Assembly (NCBI GenBank): GCA_964016885.1
Contig: OZ024761.1
Span: 21,452,001 to 21,516,000 of the forward strand
Reading direction: 5' to 3'
Length of the DNA: 64,000 nt
From: Eledone cirrhosa
Lineage: Eukaryota
Shown here: piece after piece, positions 1 through 13,550 of the stretch
Position numbering within the stretch: position 1 is the stretch's first letter
How the letters are laid out: the number at the start of each line of letters is the position of its first letter
Notes under the pieces: model-generated
Databases searched by the model: none
Told to the model about the DNA's origin: nothing
The model's input: only the letters and a program-made list of their open reading frames with translations
Program-made: the position numbers and the translations under genes

Positions 1-291
1 TTGACCTTGGTGGGATTTGAACTCAGAGAGCCGAAACAAATACTGCAAGGCATTCCATCTGATGTTCTAATCATTTGGTCAGTTTGAAAGACTATTAAAT
101 GAGAATGTATGTGGTGAGAGGAAGAGGTCAGACATCCAGGTTAGCACTAGTATAGCAAGTGTGGTGGGTGTTCGGGTATTTTATAAAGGCTCATTGTTAT
201 ATATGATCCCTTGGAAAATGTGGTGGGTGTTCGGGTATTTTATAAAGGCTCATTGTTATATATGATCCCTTGAATAGAGTGTATTTCATTA

Positions 292-468
292 TGTGGATTG
301 GCAGTATCGGTAGAGGGTCGGACGCCATGCTTTCTAGCATAGTTACGTCCCTTTACAGTCTGAGTTCAAATCCCGCCGAAGTTAACTTTGCCTTTCATCC
401 TTACGGGGTCGATAAAATAAAGTACTGGGTAATTGCTGGCCTTGTGCCTAAAGTAGAAACAATTATTT
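292..468 (+). mobile_element. tRNA-derived SINE family A (reference copy)
   Basis: B-box-like GAGTTCAAATCC, central CCTTTCATCCTTACGGGGTCGATAAAATAAAGTAC, tail GGCCTTGTGCC..AAGTAGAAAC. Copies at ~1-85, 3975-4980, 11475-11600, 14633-14800, 16775-16900, 34690-34862, 38548-38730, 43505-43830, 52920-53040, 55543-55730. Confidence 0.8.
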
Positions 469-523
469 TATTTTAATCATTCGTCACAAGAGAGTTAAAC
501 CATTATTACCATTTTCTTCACAG

Positions 524-3500
524 AAATCCCATCCAACTGCTGATCCTTTGGTTTTAAAGCGAAAATCTTTGGGTGAGTACAAACCCTTTTCAGCTGGTGC
601 TATCTGATAATAGAGCTCTAGACAAAAGGCCTCACATTCTGTTTAAACAGAAATATGATTAACTTTATCTCTCAACCCTTAACTGATGACACCTAACCAC
701 TAGAATGAGGTTTTAAACTGAGCAATGGATTAAGTGAAAGGTCTACACACTAATCTTTTAAGATGTAATTTACTAAGTGAGGAGAAAATTATGAAGCTAA
801 ACTCAATATAAGGGTTTCTATTCTGTCAGATTTCACTAACTTGTCTCTCAGCCGTTGCTTGTACAGGATTGTCCTGTGATGAACTCAGTACTAAGATATG
901 TTTTATATGTTTGATGTACTAAGATATGTCTTATATGTTTGTTGTACAGAATTATCTAATGATGAACCCGATTCTAAGAAGATGAAAGAATCTAAAGACA
1001 TATGTGATGCTAACGAAGGACTGACACCTCAGGAAAGGTAAACTTGCAAATGTTTTTCTCCTCGTCTGTAAAGGTAGCCATGTCACAGTTTTTTTCTGTT
1101 TCTACTTTATGATGGAAACAAAAAAAAAACTTGGTGGATGCTTTCCAAGTATCTTTATCTGAACTCTTAATGTTGTTGTTGCTACAGCTCCCACCTACGC
1201 CGCTTTACCTCGTTGGAGGTGTCTTGGGGGATTCAATGATAGGGAGCCCAGTCCTGTCATGTTGTTGTTACAGCTCACACCTACGCCGCTTTACCTCGTT
1301 GGAGGTGTCTTGGGGGATTTAATGATAGGGAGCCCAGTCCTATCATCTCATTTCTACAGCTGAGTAAACTGGAGCAACGTAAAATAAAGTGTCTTGCTCA
1401 AGGAAACAACACATCAGCCAGTCTGAGAACTGAACTCACAACCTTTCGATTGCAAGCCCAATGCTCTAACCACTAAGCCATGCAAACTATTCATATCCTG
1501 TAATGATTTCATCTTCTTCACCCAACATCCATAACCTTTGTTGGTCTTGCTTGGGTATCCAACTGGATCATTTGAAGACTGTTGATACTGATAGTACCTG
1601 CTTTACTATATAACGACTCACAATTAATTAATTTGACAGTACTATCAAACAGAGAAGGTTTCAAATTACTACTTTCATTGTAATGACTTTATAATGTCAT
1701 AAAAACATAACAGACGCCCCATATATAGTCAATGTCTGTAGAACTTTCTTCCAGTAATACCCCCATATAAACCAATGTATATAGAACCTTATTACAATAA
1801 TACCCCCTATATAGCTAATGTGTATAATACATTATTACAGTAATACCTCCATATATAACCAATGTCTGTAGAACCTTCTTCCAGTAATACCCCCATATAA
1901 ACCAATGTATATAGAACCTTATTACAATAATACCCCCTATATAGCTAATGTGTATAATACATTATTTCTATATTCATTTCAGAGTCAGAAAAGCTGTGAT
2001 GCCTTTATATGATTTATCATATGATGACCAGTTAAAGGTAAGTTCTGTTGTCTCTATAGACTCAAGGACTGAGACTTTATAAAGATTGGAGTCCACAGAA
2101 GCTGTCTGTTCTATGAGTGTAACACTTTCATTTTAGTCAGCCACAAAAATACTAACACATGAGCATCACAACTCAACTATACTCACTGACACACAAACAT
2201 CACAACACAACACTACTAGAATCACTGACACAAACATCACAACAGAACGTTACTAGACTCACTGACACAAGCATCACAACACAACACTACTAGAATCACT
2301 GACACAAACATCACAACACAACACTACTAGAATCACTGACACAAGCATCACAACAGAACGTTACTAGAATCACTGACACAAGCATCAACACAACACTACT
2401 AGACTCACTGACACAAGCATCACAACAGAACGTTACTAGACTCACTGACACAAGCATCACAACACAACACTACTAGAATCACTGACACAAGCATCACAAC
2501 ACAACACTACTAGACTCACTGACACAAGCATTACAACAGAACACTACTAGAACCACTGACACAAGCATCACAAGATGAGTACAATGGCTCAACTAGGAAT
2601 GAAAGTGCTAAGAACATGTTTTACTATGACTTTACATCATATTCTCCATCCTGAAAAATTATAGGAAATATAATCTATTTAGTTATCTTTTTTTTTCTTT
2701 ATTACAGAGAAAATCTGATGATATTAAAAATATTATGTTCCGATTGACCAGGGAACTCCAACATAATTGCCCGGATTTAAGGAAATGGGTTCGGAAACAA
2801 AAGTAATTGATTTCTTCTTTATTCATTTATTTAAACCGGCTATATCCGGCCAGAATTCTCTCACCTCTTTCAGTTCAAACCGGCTGTAACTCTCATACAG
2901 ACGTTAAGGTATTGTTCTCAAAATTTCATAGATTCGATATTATATGAGGTAACCCATGCTAGCGTGGGAGATAGACATTAAACGATGATGATGATGATGA
3001 AAGCTTTTACCACGAAAATACAAAGAATAAATATAGCATAATGTAAATCCTAAAGGGTTAATGTAGATATGAGTGGCCAGTTACAGCCAGTTTAAACAGA
3101 AAGAGGTGAAAGAATTCTGACCAGATACGGCCAGTTTAAATGCTAAAGGGTTAATTAAGATGAATTAACTGTTTTGTGCAGGTAACAATGCTGGGCTGGT
3201 ATTAAAAGATTTATGCAATTAAGCTCGGGTATTTAATCTAAATATTCAACCATTGCTAGCAGGGAAAACAGGTGTTAAATGAGGATTTCCCAGCTGTATT
3301 ATGTTTTGAACAAATTATCTTCTGAACTCTTTCTTATTTCCTTTTGTAGAGAGTTACATTCAGGGAGTGTATGTGAGCTTCTGACAATACAACCTTCTGT
3401 AAGTCAAGTTCTTCTTTATTTTTATATTTATATATCATTCTATTAATAATAAAACTGAAGTGAATCCCAACCAGTGCATGTGCTTTAAGGGCAGCATGAC

Positions 3501-3661
3501 CCTTCCAAACTATAACATATATATATATGTATAACATCCAGCCTAGTCCACCCTGTAAGGTGGTAGTGCCAGGGTCACAATAAAATGCTCTCAGTACACA
3601 ACCACTTTACAGTGTGAGCTGGGTGTTTTTTGTTGTGACACCTATATGACCTACTTATATG

Positions 3662-3700
<39 letters not shown>

Positions 3701-6700
3701 TATACATATAAGTGTGATGGACAGAGAGACAGAAAGCTTTTTTTATAATACAGATTTGTCGTTAATATCTTTTAAAGTTTTTAATTTCTATCTCTTCATC
3801 CATAGCCTTTGCTAACCGGTTATAGAAACAAGTCAGAATTTACAATTGGCACTAACAATGAGAGAACAGGTAAGGTCTGTTTCAGTTTTTGTCGAGAGGA
3901 CATTTTGTGTATTGGGTGTATTTATTGTGTAGAGGCTGTTATGTCATCCCCATTATTGTGTTGTCTGAGACTGTGGACTGTGGCAGTCATTACAGCCTCG
4001 GACAAAATACTTTGTAGTATTTAGTTAAGGTACCTTATGTTCTCTGTTCAAGTCCCACCAACGTCAACTGAGCCTTTCATGCTTCTGGGGTAGATACAAT
4101 ACAGTACCAGTAATGAACTGGGTTGATACAATATAGTACCAGTAATGAACTGAAGGTAGATACAATACAGTACCAGTAATAAACTGGGGTTAATACAGTA
4201 AAGTACCAGTAATGAATTGTGGTTCATACAATACAGTACCAGTAATGAACTGAAGGTAGATACAATACAGTACCAGTAATAAACTGGGGTTAATACAGTA
4301 AAGTACCAGTAATGAATTGTGGTTCATACAATACAGTACCAGTAATGAACTGAAGGTAGATACAATACAGTACCAGTAATAAACTGGGGTTAATACAGTA
4401 AAGTACCAGTAATGAATTGTGGTTCATACAATACAGTACCAGTAATGAACTGAAGGTAGATACAATACAGTACCAGTAATAAACTGGGGTTAATACAGTA
4501 AAGTACCAGTAATGAATTGTGGTTCATACAATACAGTACCAGTAATGAACTGAAGGTAGATACAATACAGTACCAGTAATAAACTGGGGTTAATACAGTA
4601 AAGTACCAGTAATGAATTGTGGTTCATACAATACAGTACCAGTAATGAACTGAAGGTAGATACAATACAGTACCAGTAATAAACTGGGGTTAATACAGTA
4701 AAGTACCAGTAATGAACTGAGGTTCATACAATACAGTACCAGTAATGAACTGAAGGTAGATACAATACAGTACCAGTAATAAACTGGAGTTAATACAGTA
4801 AAGTACCAGTAATGAACTGAGGTTCATACAATACAGTACCAGTAATGAACTGGGTTGATACAGTAAAGTACCAGTAATGAACTGAGGTTCATACAATACA
4901 GTACCAGTAATGAACTGGGTTGATACAATTCATTTTCTTCTCCCTGAAAATTGTTGGCCTTATTCCGAAATTAGAAATCGTTAGCATGGGTTAGAAAAAT
5001 TATCCTGTTGTGAGAAATGCCAGGTCAGGTGACCATGAAATGTCAGGTCATGTGACCATGCCTTGCTCACGCACAACTGGTTTTGGCTTCGTTTCTAATG
5101 TAACACTATATATATTATTGTCTATAATTTCAGAAAGAATTGTTGGATTTCGACTTGGTAGTTACCGCGATGGTTCCAGTGCTGTTGCAGAGCCGTCTCT
5201 TTGTGATATTCTTCCTGAAGCCATGAAAAGAGTTGCTCAAGTCAGTTATATACAAAATACTCCTACATATATGTATACAGCTATGTTAGAGCGAACACCT
5301 TAACCTTTTAGCATTTACATTACCCTATATATATTATTGTATTTTCACAGTAAAGGCTTTACCTCACATAATATCTCACATAACATTTACATTACCCTAT
5401 ATATACTATTGTATTTTCACAGTAAAGGCTTTACCTCACATAATATCTCACATAACATTTACATTACTCTATATATACTATTGTATTTTCATAGTAAAGG
5501 CTTTACCTCACATACCATTTACATTACTCTATATATACTATTGTATTTTCACAGTAAAGGCTTTACCTCACATAACATTTACATTACTCTATATATACTA
5601 TTGTATTTTCACAGTAAAGGCTTTACCTCACATAATATCTCACATAGCATTTACATTACTCTATATATACTATTGTATTTTCATAGTAAAGGCTTTACCT
5701 CACATAACATTTACATTACTCTATATATACTATTGTATTTTCATAGTAAAGGCTTTACCTTACATACCATTTACATTACTCTATATATACTATTGTATTG
5801 TCACAGTAAAGGCTTTACCTCACATAACATTTACATTACTCTATATATACTATTGTATTTTCATAGTAAAGGCTTTACCTTACATACCATTTACATTACT
5901 CTATATATACTATTGTATTTTCACAGTAAAGGCTTTACCTCACATAACATTTACATTACTCTATATATACTATTGTATTTTCATAGTAAAGGCTTTACCT
6001 TACATACCATTTACATTACTCTATATATACTATTGTATTGTCACAGTAAAGGCTTAATCTCACATAATACCTCACATAACATTTACATTACTCTATATAT
6101 ACTATTGTATTTTCATAGTAAAGGCTTTACCTTACATACCATTTACATTACTCTATATATACTATTGTATTGTCACAGTAAAGGCTTTACCTCACATAAT
6201 ATCTCACATAACATTTACATTACTCTATATATACTATTGTATTTTCACAGTAAAGGCTTTACCTCACATAATACCTCACATAACATTTACATTACTCTAT
6301 ATATACTATTGTATTTTCACAGTAAAGGCTTAATCTCACATAATACCTCACATAACATTTACATTACTCTATATATACTATTGTATTTTCACAGTAAAGG
6401 CTTAATCTCACATAATACCTCACATAACATTTACATTACTCTATATATACTATTGTATTTTCACAGTAAAGGCTTAATCTCACATAATACCTCACATAAC
6501 ATTTACATTACTCTATATATACTATTGTATTTTCACAGTAAAGGCTTTACCTCACACAGTATCGAATCTATGAGATTTTGATAGTATTTATTTTGAGAAC
6601 AATACCGTAACGTTGGTATAAACGGTCGGTGATGAATGAGATGGTTTGGTCATGTGTTGAGGAAGGATGAAAGTGACTGGGTGAGAGGAATAGAGCCAGT

Positions 6701-9700
6701 GATGATGAATGTTGTAAAGAGAAATGGAATAAGAACACCACCATTAGTTGCCAGGGCCTAGACTAAACCCCTACTGGTCTTTAATTTAATATTTGTTCAA
6801 ATGTTGTTTTAATCCTAAAACCGAGACAAACCCAATTTGATTTTTATTGCAGGTATTCCAAGAATATGTCCGTCAAAGTAAATACACAGTTTATGATGCC
6901 CAAACTCATGAAGGTTACTGGAGACAGCTTACTGTAAGGACCAGCACTAGAGGAGATGTGATGGCTATCATTGAGTTTCATTCCATTGAGCTACCCACTG
7001 TAAGGGCTTAATTATTTATTTTTAAATACATCTTTTGAAATTAACTGTTCAGTTGTTGTCTTCTCTTTCTTCGCCCATTTATTCCTGTGTGGATAGTGAG
7101 GGCAGAGTCCTCAAACACCCCTTCCAGCAGGTCCTGTCAGAAACAACCATCTCTCACTGATCTGGCTGGATCCCCCAAGCGACACCAACCATCTTGCTCG
7201 AGGGTCTACCCCTGGGGTCTCCTACCAATTGGTTTTGCCAGTAAAATCTGTCCAGCGACATTCTAACCACATACCCATAATATGTGGTCTCTCAATTTGG
7301 AGAAGTAGTGGCTCTACCTGGAGTGACTCTCTCATCTCCGAGCTACACACTCTATCGAGTAATGTTACTCCAAAGATCCTTCGGAGGAACACCATTTCAG
7401 ACACTTGTATTCGCGTTCGTATTCTTTCGGTCATTACCCAAGACTCATGATCATAGGTAAGGGTTTGCCACGGAAACCAAATTGAATACAGCGAGTTTGG
7501 TTTTTACGCCTTCCCCCCATCTTGTTGTTGGCTTTTGTCATTTTTTTTATGAGACTATATTTGTCGTCATGTTAAGATGGCTAATTAGTTTATAAATCTT
7601 TTCAGGAGGACCTTGAAGCAGAAAAGAATGCATTGAAAAAATTCTTTAGTGAGGGTGAAGGAAAGAAATGTGGTGTAACATCTTTATTTTTCAACTGTAT
7701 TGCCAACAGGTAAGTACTTTTGTGTGTCTGTTTACCTGGCTTCCCTCTCACTCTACTTTGTCTATTTCCTATCTTAATTAAGTCTGGCCCATCAATTAAT
7801 TTTTGAGAAAATGTCAATTTTGCATTTATCACATCATCATTTAATGTCCATTTTTCCATGATAGCATGGGTTAGACGAGTTGTCCCATTGTGCGACAAGC
7901 CAGATCAGATGACCCTGTCTTGCCCATACTGAACTGTTTCTGGCTTTTTATATGTAGAAATACAGAAAGAAGGATTCTTCATTAATTAATTAAAATAGAG
8001 TATATTTCATTAGAAATACAGTCATGAAAAGGTTATTGTAAAGCAGTTATGGTGCTGTTTTGTATTGTCAAGAAAATATCTAGTTGTGTGTTTGTTAATT
8101 CAAATATTTGTCATATCTTTACTACTGAACAGATTAATGTGAAAATTTGCAGTATTAGAGTAAAGTCTTCAATTTTTAATGTAAAACAGCCATAATGTTG
8201 TTTTGTATTTTTTAAAGAATATCTTGTAAATGTGGTTTTATGTGGTACAGGACATTAAAAGTTAGATATAGGTTTTTTTTAAAAATAATTGCTGTAATTT
8301 TTTATCTTATTTCAATTTCTCCAAATTCAGTTTTCACCTTAGTTATTATTTATTTGTTTAATTTTACAGACAATCAAGTTGCAGGCAGTCTGCTAATTAT
8401 GAACATTTGATGGGCAATGAGGTTAGAGAAGTATTTTTTTTTAATCCTTTAGTTACCAACCTGGCCAAAATTGGCTCTGGTTCTATGAAATAAAACCATC
8501 CATTTTAAAAGTTTCCAATTTAAATTAAAATCTGCCAATATAATTTTACATAAGAACCCTACATTAAGTTACTATCTTAGTAATGAAATAATTGATAATT
8601 TTAGTAAATCCCTCAAAATTCTTCATTAATTAATTAAAATAATGTGTATTTCATTAGAAATGCTGAATTCTCTCAACTCTTTCTGTTCAAATTGGCCGTA
8701 ACTGGCTGCTCATCCAACATTAAGGTGTTGTTCTCAAAATAAATCATAAAAATCTCCTAGATTCGATATTATGTGAGGTAAAGCCATTTCGGTGAAAATA
8801 CAATAGTATATATAGAGTAATGTAAATGTTATGTGAGGTAAAGCCTTTACTGTGAAAATACAATAGTATATATAGAGTAATGTAAATGTTATGTGAGGTA
8901 AAGCCTTTACTGTGAAAATACAATAGTATATATAGAGTAATGTAAATGTTATGTGAGGTATTATGTGAGGTAAAGCCTTTACTGTGAAAATACAATAGTA
9001 TATATAGAGTAATGTAAATGTTATGCGAGAAATTATGTGAGGTAAAGCCTTTACTGTGAAAATACAATAGTATATATAGAGTAATGTAAATGTTATGTGA
9101 GATATTATGTGAGGTAAAGCCTTTACTGTGAAAATACAATAGTATATATAGAGTAATGTAAATGTTATGTGAGGTAAAGCCTTTACTGTGAAAATACAAT
9201 AGTATATATAGAGTAATGTAAATGTTATGTGAGGTAAAGCCAATAATAGTAAATATAGAGTAATGTAACTGCTAAAGGGTTAATGTCTTTCAGTTCAGTT
9301 TTAGTTGCTCTTTATTATCTGTATTTTATTTTATATTTCTCTTTTTTTTGTATCTTTCAGTGGATCACTGAAGACTTGTTAGGTCTGAGTTTCCAAATCT
9401 CTCCTGATGCTTTTTTTCAAAGTAAGTCATTCATTTGGATAAAAATATATTTCATATATCATCATCATCATATCCCTACTACTACCATCATTATCACTAC
9501 CATTATCACCACCGACATCATCAACCAGAAACATTTGTCTGTCATAAGCAAAATTTTAAAAAAAAGAAATTTTTTAATTTAATATATAAATATTTTTTTC
9601 AAATAAACAAAATCCGATACGTTTTCCTTCTAACTCTGACAATATATTTGTCAGAAATTATTGAAGAAACATATATTTTATGTTTTGGTGGTGAGAGCTG

Positions 9701-12700
9701 ACCTCAGAGGAGATGAAAAAGGACCATGACAAATGGAGAGATGTTGTGCTGAAAAGGACTTGTCCCACCCTCGCTAGCAAGGAAAAGCAAACATAAAATA
9801 ATGATGATAATGGTGGTGGTGATGATGATAAAGACTTCTGTGACATTACTACAATATGTTTTGGTAGAGACTTCTGTGACATTACTACAATATGTTTTGG
9901 TAGAGACTTCTGACATTACTACAATATGTTTTGGTAGAGATTGACATTACTACAATATGTTTTGGTAGAGACTTCTGTGACATTACTACAATATGTTTTG
10001 GTAGAGACTTCTGACATTACTACAATATGTTTTGGTAGAGACTTCTGACATTACTACAATATGTTTTGGTAGAGACTTCTGACATTACTACAATATGTTT
10101 TGGTAGAGACTTCTGACATTACTACAATATGTTTTGGTAGAGACTTCTGACATTACTACAATATGTTTTGGTAGAGACTTCTGACATTACTACAATATGT
10201 TTTGGTAGAGACTTCTGACATTACTACAATATGTTTTGGTAGAGACTTCTGACATTACTACAATATGTTTTGGTAGAGACTTCTGACATTACTACAATAT
10301 GTTTTGGTAGAGACTTCTGACATTACTACAATATGTTTTGGTAGAGACTTCTGACATTACTACAATATGTTTTGGTAGAGACTTCTGACATTACTACAAT
10401 ATGTTTTGGTAGAGACTTCTGACATTACTACAATATGTTTTGGTAGAGACTTCTGACATTACTACAATATGTTTTGGTAGAGACTTCTGACATTACTACA
10501 ATATGTTTTGGTAGAGACTTCTGACATTACTACAATATGTTTTGGTAGAGACTTCTGACATTACTACAATATGTTTTGGTAGAGACTTCTGACATTACTA
10601 CAATATGTTTTGGTAGAGACTTCTGACATTACTACAATATGTTTTGGTAGAGACTTCTGACATTACTACAATATGTTTTGGTAGAGACTTCTGACATTAC
10701 TACAATATGTTTTGGTAGAGACTTCTGACATTACTACAATATGTTTTGGTAGAGACTTCTGACATTACTACAATATGTTTTGGTAGAGACTTCTGACATT
10801 ACTACAATATGTTTTGGTAGAGACTTCTGACATTACTACAATATGTTTTGGTAGAGACTTCTGACATTACTACAATATGTTTTGGTAGAGACTTCTGACA
10901 TTACTACAATATGTTTTGGTAGAGACTTCTGACATTACTACAATATGTTTTGGTAGAGACTTCTGACATTACTACAGTATGTTTTGGTAGAGACTTCTGA
11001 CATTACTACAGTATGTTTTGGTAGAGACTTCTGACATTTCTACAATTTCTTTCTTTACAGTCAATAATCCAGCCACTGCTTTACTTTATTCCCTGGTTGC
11101 TGATTGGTGTCAACTTGATAAAGACAGTGTTGTCCTTGATATCTGTTGTGGTACAGGTACCATTGGTCTTACTCTAGCCAAGGTTTGCAACATATTTTCA
11201 TCTTTCTCATTTGCCTTCTTTGTTTTGTTTTAGTTTTTATTTTCTTTAAAAGAACAATTTAAAAAATCACACAAAGTCCTACCCATATGGTGGAATGGTG
11301 CTGCAACAAAACAAAGCAACCAGTCCACTCTGTATGATGGTATGGTGCAAGGGACTTGACAAAAAAGCACCCAGTCCACTCTGTAAGATGGTTGTGTTGA
11401 TGATATCACTAGACTGGTACTTTTTATATATATATATATATGGAAGTGAGAAAGAGATATAGAGTAGAGAAAGAATCAACCCAAGTACTTGACTGGTACT
11501 TTTTTATTGACCTCGAAAGGATGAAAGGTAAAGTTGACCTCTGCAGGATTTGAAGTCAGAACCAAATACTGCAAAGCGTTCTATCCAATGTTCTAACAAC
11601 ACATTTAATGTCGAGTAATTATCTTACATTTGTCTTTCAGCATGTGAAAAGGGTTTTGGGTGTTGAGATTTGTTCTGCTGCCATTGAAGATGCTAAGAAG
11701 AATGCTTCACTAAATGGTAAGATTTTCTCAGTCTTATTCGAATGTGCGTGAACGACCAAGCATAGATGAGTTGAGAGAGAAACTGTGTATAAGAGGGATA
11801 AGTTGTATAGTGTGCAGGAGAGAAGACTGAGATGGTATGGACATATGATGCGCAAGGGTTGGACAGGTCTACATAGACCAAGTCATTACTGAAGTGGTTT
11901 CATGCAGTACAGGACATGAAATTATGTTTCTCATTTGGTATTTATCCCAAGTTTTTATAACTTTGATAACGTGATATATATATCTTATATTTCAGGTGTA
12001 AAGAACATTGAGTTTTACTGTTCCAAGGCTGAAGATGCATCTGAGAAAATGAGGGGATATTCAAGGGGTCAGAAAGCTGTAGCTGTTGTTGACCCTCCAA
12101 GACCTGGACTCCGTCAGTAATTCTTATTTAGTTATTTCTATATTGAGGTAGAGAGTGAGATGGTGTTGTGAAATCTGTGATAGTATCCATTGTGAAATGT
12201 GTGTGGTAGAGGTTCTATTTTTATATTGGGTGAGAGGGTGGTATAGAATTTTACCCATGCTAGCATGGAAGAACGGACGTAAAACGGTGATGATGATGAT
12301 GATCCACTGTGAAATGTGTGTGGTAGGGTGAGCGGATGCTATAAAATCTGTGATGTATAGTACCCACCTTTAACTATCATCGCAACCATCCACTTCTCTG
12401 TTGATACACAGTACCCACCTTAAACAGCATCAGTTTGTTAACATCGGTGGTTTCAAGGTTGTATCATTTACAGGGTTATTTAGCTTTAACTTAATGTAGA
12501 AATACAAATACTTTGGTCTCTTTTTCAACCATGTGATGTATTTAATTAATTTACAGAATCCAAAGTGATGTATGCCCTTCGTCGCTGCAACTTTATCCAG
12601 CGTGTCATCTACATTTCATGTAACCCTGCTGCTGCCATTCAAAATTTCACTGAGTAAGTAATAGATTCTGAGCTTGTGACCATCTCTCAGCTAAACTTTG

Positions 12701-13550
12701 CTTTCTATAAATATATGTCTGTTTATCCATAGTATTGTTTTGTACTAAATGTTTATAGTATCTTTACTGGTGGACAGATTGTTGTGAAAATTTACAGTAT
12801 TACAGTAAAGACTTTAATATTTAATGTGATGTAGTTGTAGTAAATGTTTATAGTATCTATGAAAAACTAATTTCTTCTTTTCACAGCTTAATGCGGCCAA
12901 AGTCACGGAGAAATACAGGAGAACCGTTTTTTGCTGTGAAAGCTGTTCCCGTTGACCTTTTCCCACACACCAAACACTGTGAACTTGTTGTAATGTTTGA
13001 GAGAAAACAGGAAGCAGAGACAGACACTAAACCAGAGACTGATTCTAAACCAGAGATCGTCTGTAAAGAGGAGACTGACTCTAAACCAGAGATCGTCTGT
13101 AAAGAGGAGACTGACTCTAAACCAGAGATCATCTGTAAAGAGGAGACTGACTCTAAACCAGAGACAGTCAGTAAACCAGAGATCGTCTGTAAAGAGGAGA
13201 CTGACTCTAAACCAGAGATCATCTGTAAAGAGGAGACTGACTCTAAACCAGAGATCGTCTGTAAAGAGGAGACTGACTCTAAACCAGAGATCGTCTGTAA
13301 AGAGGAGACTGACTCTAAACCAGAGATCGTCTGTAAAGAGGAGACTGACTCTAAACCAGAGAACGTCTGTAAAGAGGAGACTGACTCTAAACCAGAGATC
13401 ATCTGTAAAGAGGAGACTGACTCTAAACCAGAGACAGTCAGTAAACCAGAGATCGTCTGTAAAGAGGAGACTGACTCTAAATCAGAGACAGACGGTAAAA
13501 AACTAGAGAAAGTCTGTGAACCAGAGGTGGTTTGTAAACTAGAGGACTGA
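524..13550 (+). CDS. TRMT2A: tRNA (uracil-5-)-methyltransferase homolog A (TrmA/Trm2 family), 5'-partial; 16 exons in window
   Basis: Exons 524-572, 950-1037, 1983-2037, 2708-2802, 3350-3398, 3806-3869, 5134-5240, 6853-6999, 7606-7709, 8370-8421, 9361-9421, 11061-11182, 11641-11716, 11996-12112, 12557-12653, 12887-13550. All introns are GT-AG and phases join into one 648-aa frame ending TGA. Motifs [51 protein letters not shown] are all intact. AATAAA near 13572. N-terminus/RRM presumably upstream of the window. Confidence 0.95.
2150..2575. repeat. ~37-bp minisatellite
   Basis: CACTGACACAAGCATCACAACACAACACTACTAGAAT, ~11 copies. Confidence 0.9.
4090..4930. repeat. SINE-internal satellite with 100-bp higher-order period (3 x ~33 bp)
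   Basis: GGTTCATACAATACAGTACC recurs at 4221, 4321, 4421, 4521, 4621, 4721. Confidence 0.9.
5303..6560. repeat. MITE-derived 60/72-bp minisatellite
   Basis: ACATTTACATTACTCTATATATACTATTGTATTTTCACAGTAAAGGCTTTACCTCACATA. Same unit at 8770-9270 (inverted), 30415-30705, 45640-45893. Confidence 0.92.
7075..7470 (-). mobile_element. RTE-clade (Expander-like) LINE 3' fragment
   Basis: HESWVMTERIRTRIQVSEMVFLRRI.GVTLLDRV.SSEMRESLQVEPLLLQIER; decayed. Confidence 0.75.
9833..11045. repeat. 34-bp homogeneous minisatellite (~35 copies)
   Basis: GTAGAGACTTCTGACATTACTACAATATGTTTTG; abuts the acceptor at 11059-11060. Confidence 0.95.
13020..13490 (+). repeat. Coding minisatellite, 36-bp unit (KPEIVCKEETDS) x11 in TRMT2A last exon
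   Basis: Seen directly in ORF 12891-13550; two 18-bp KPETVS spacers. Confidence 0.95.

Noticed and set aside
5337-6581. 414-aa ORF (and similar at 8734-9243, 30411-30701, 45656-45907)
   Set aside because: Translation of a MITE-derived 60/72-bp tandem repeat in non-coding sequence; unit lengths are multiples of 3.
9833-11045. CRISPR-like regular 34-bp repeats (also the 25-bp array at 48408-49053)
   Set aside because: Head-to-tail repeats with no unique spacers, no cas genes, eukaryotic intron.
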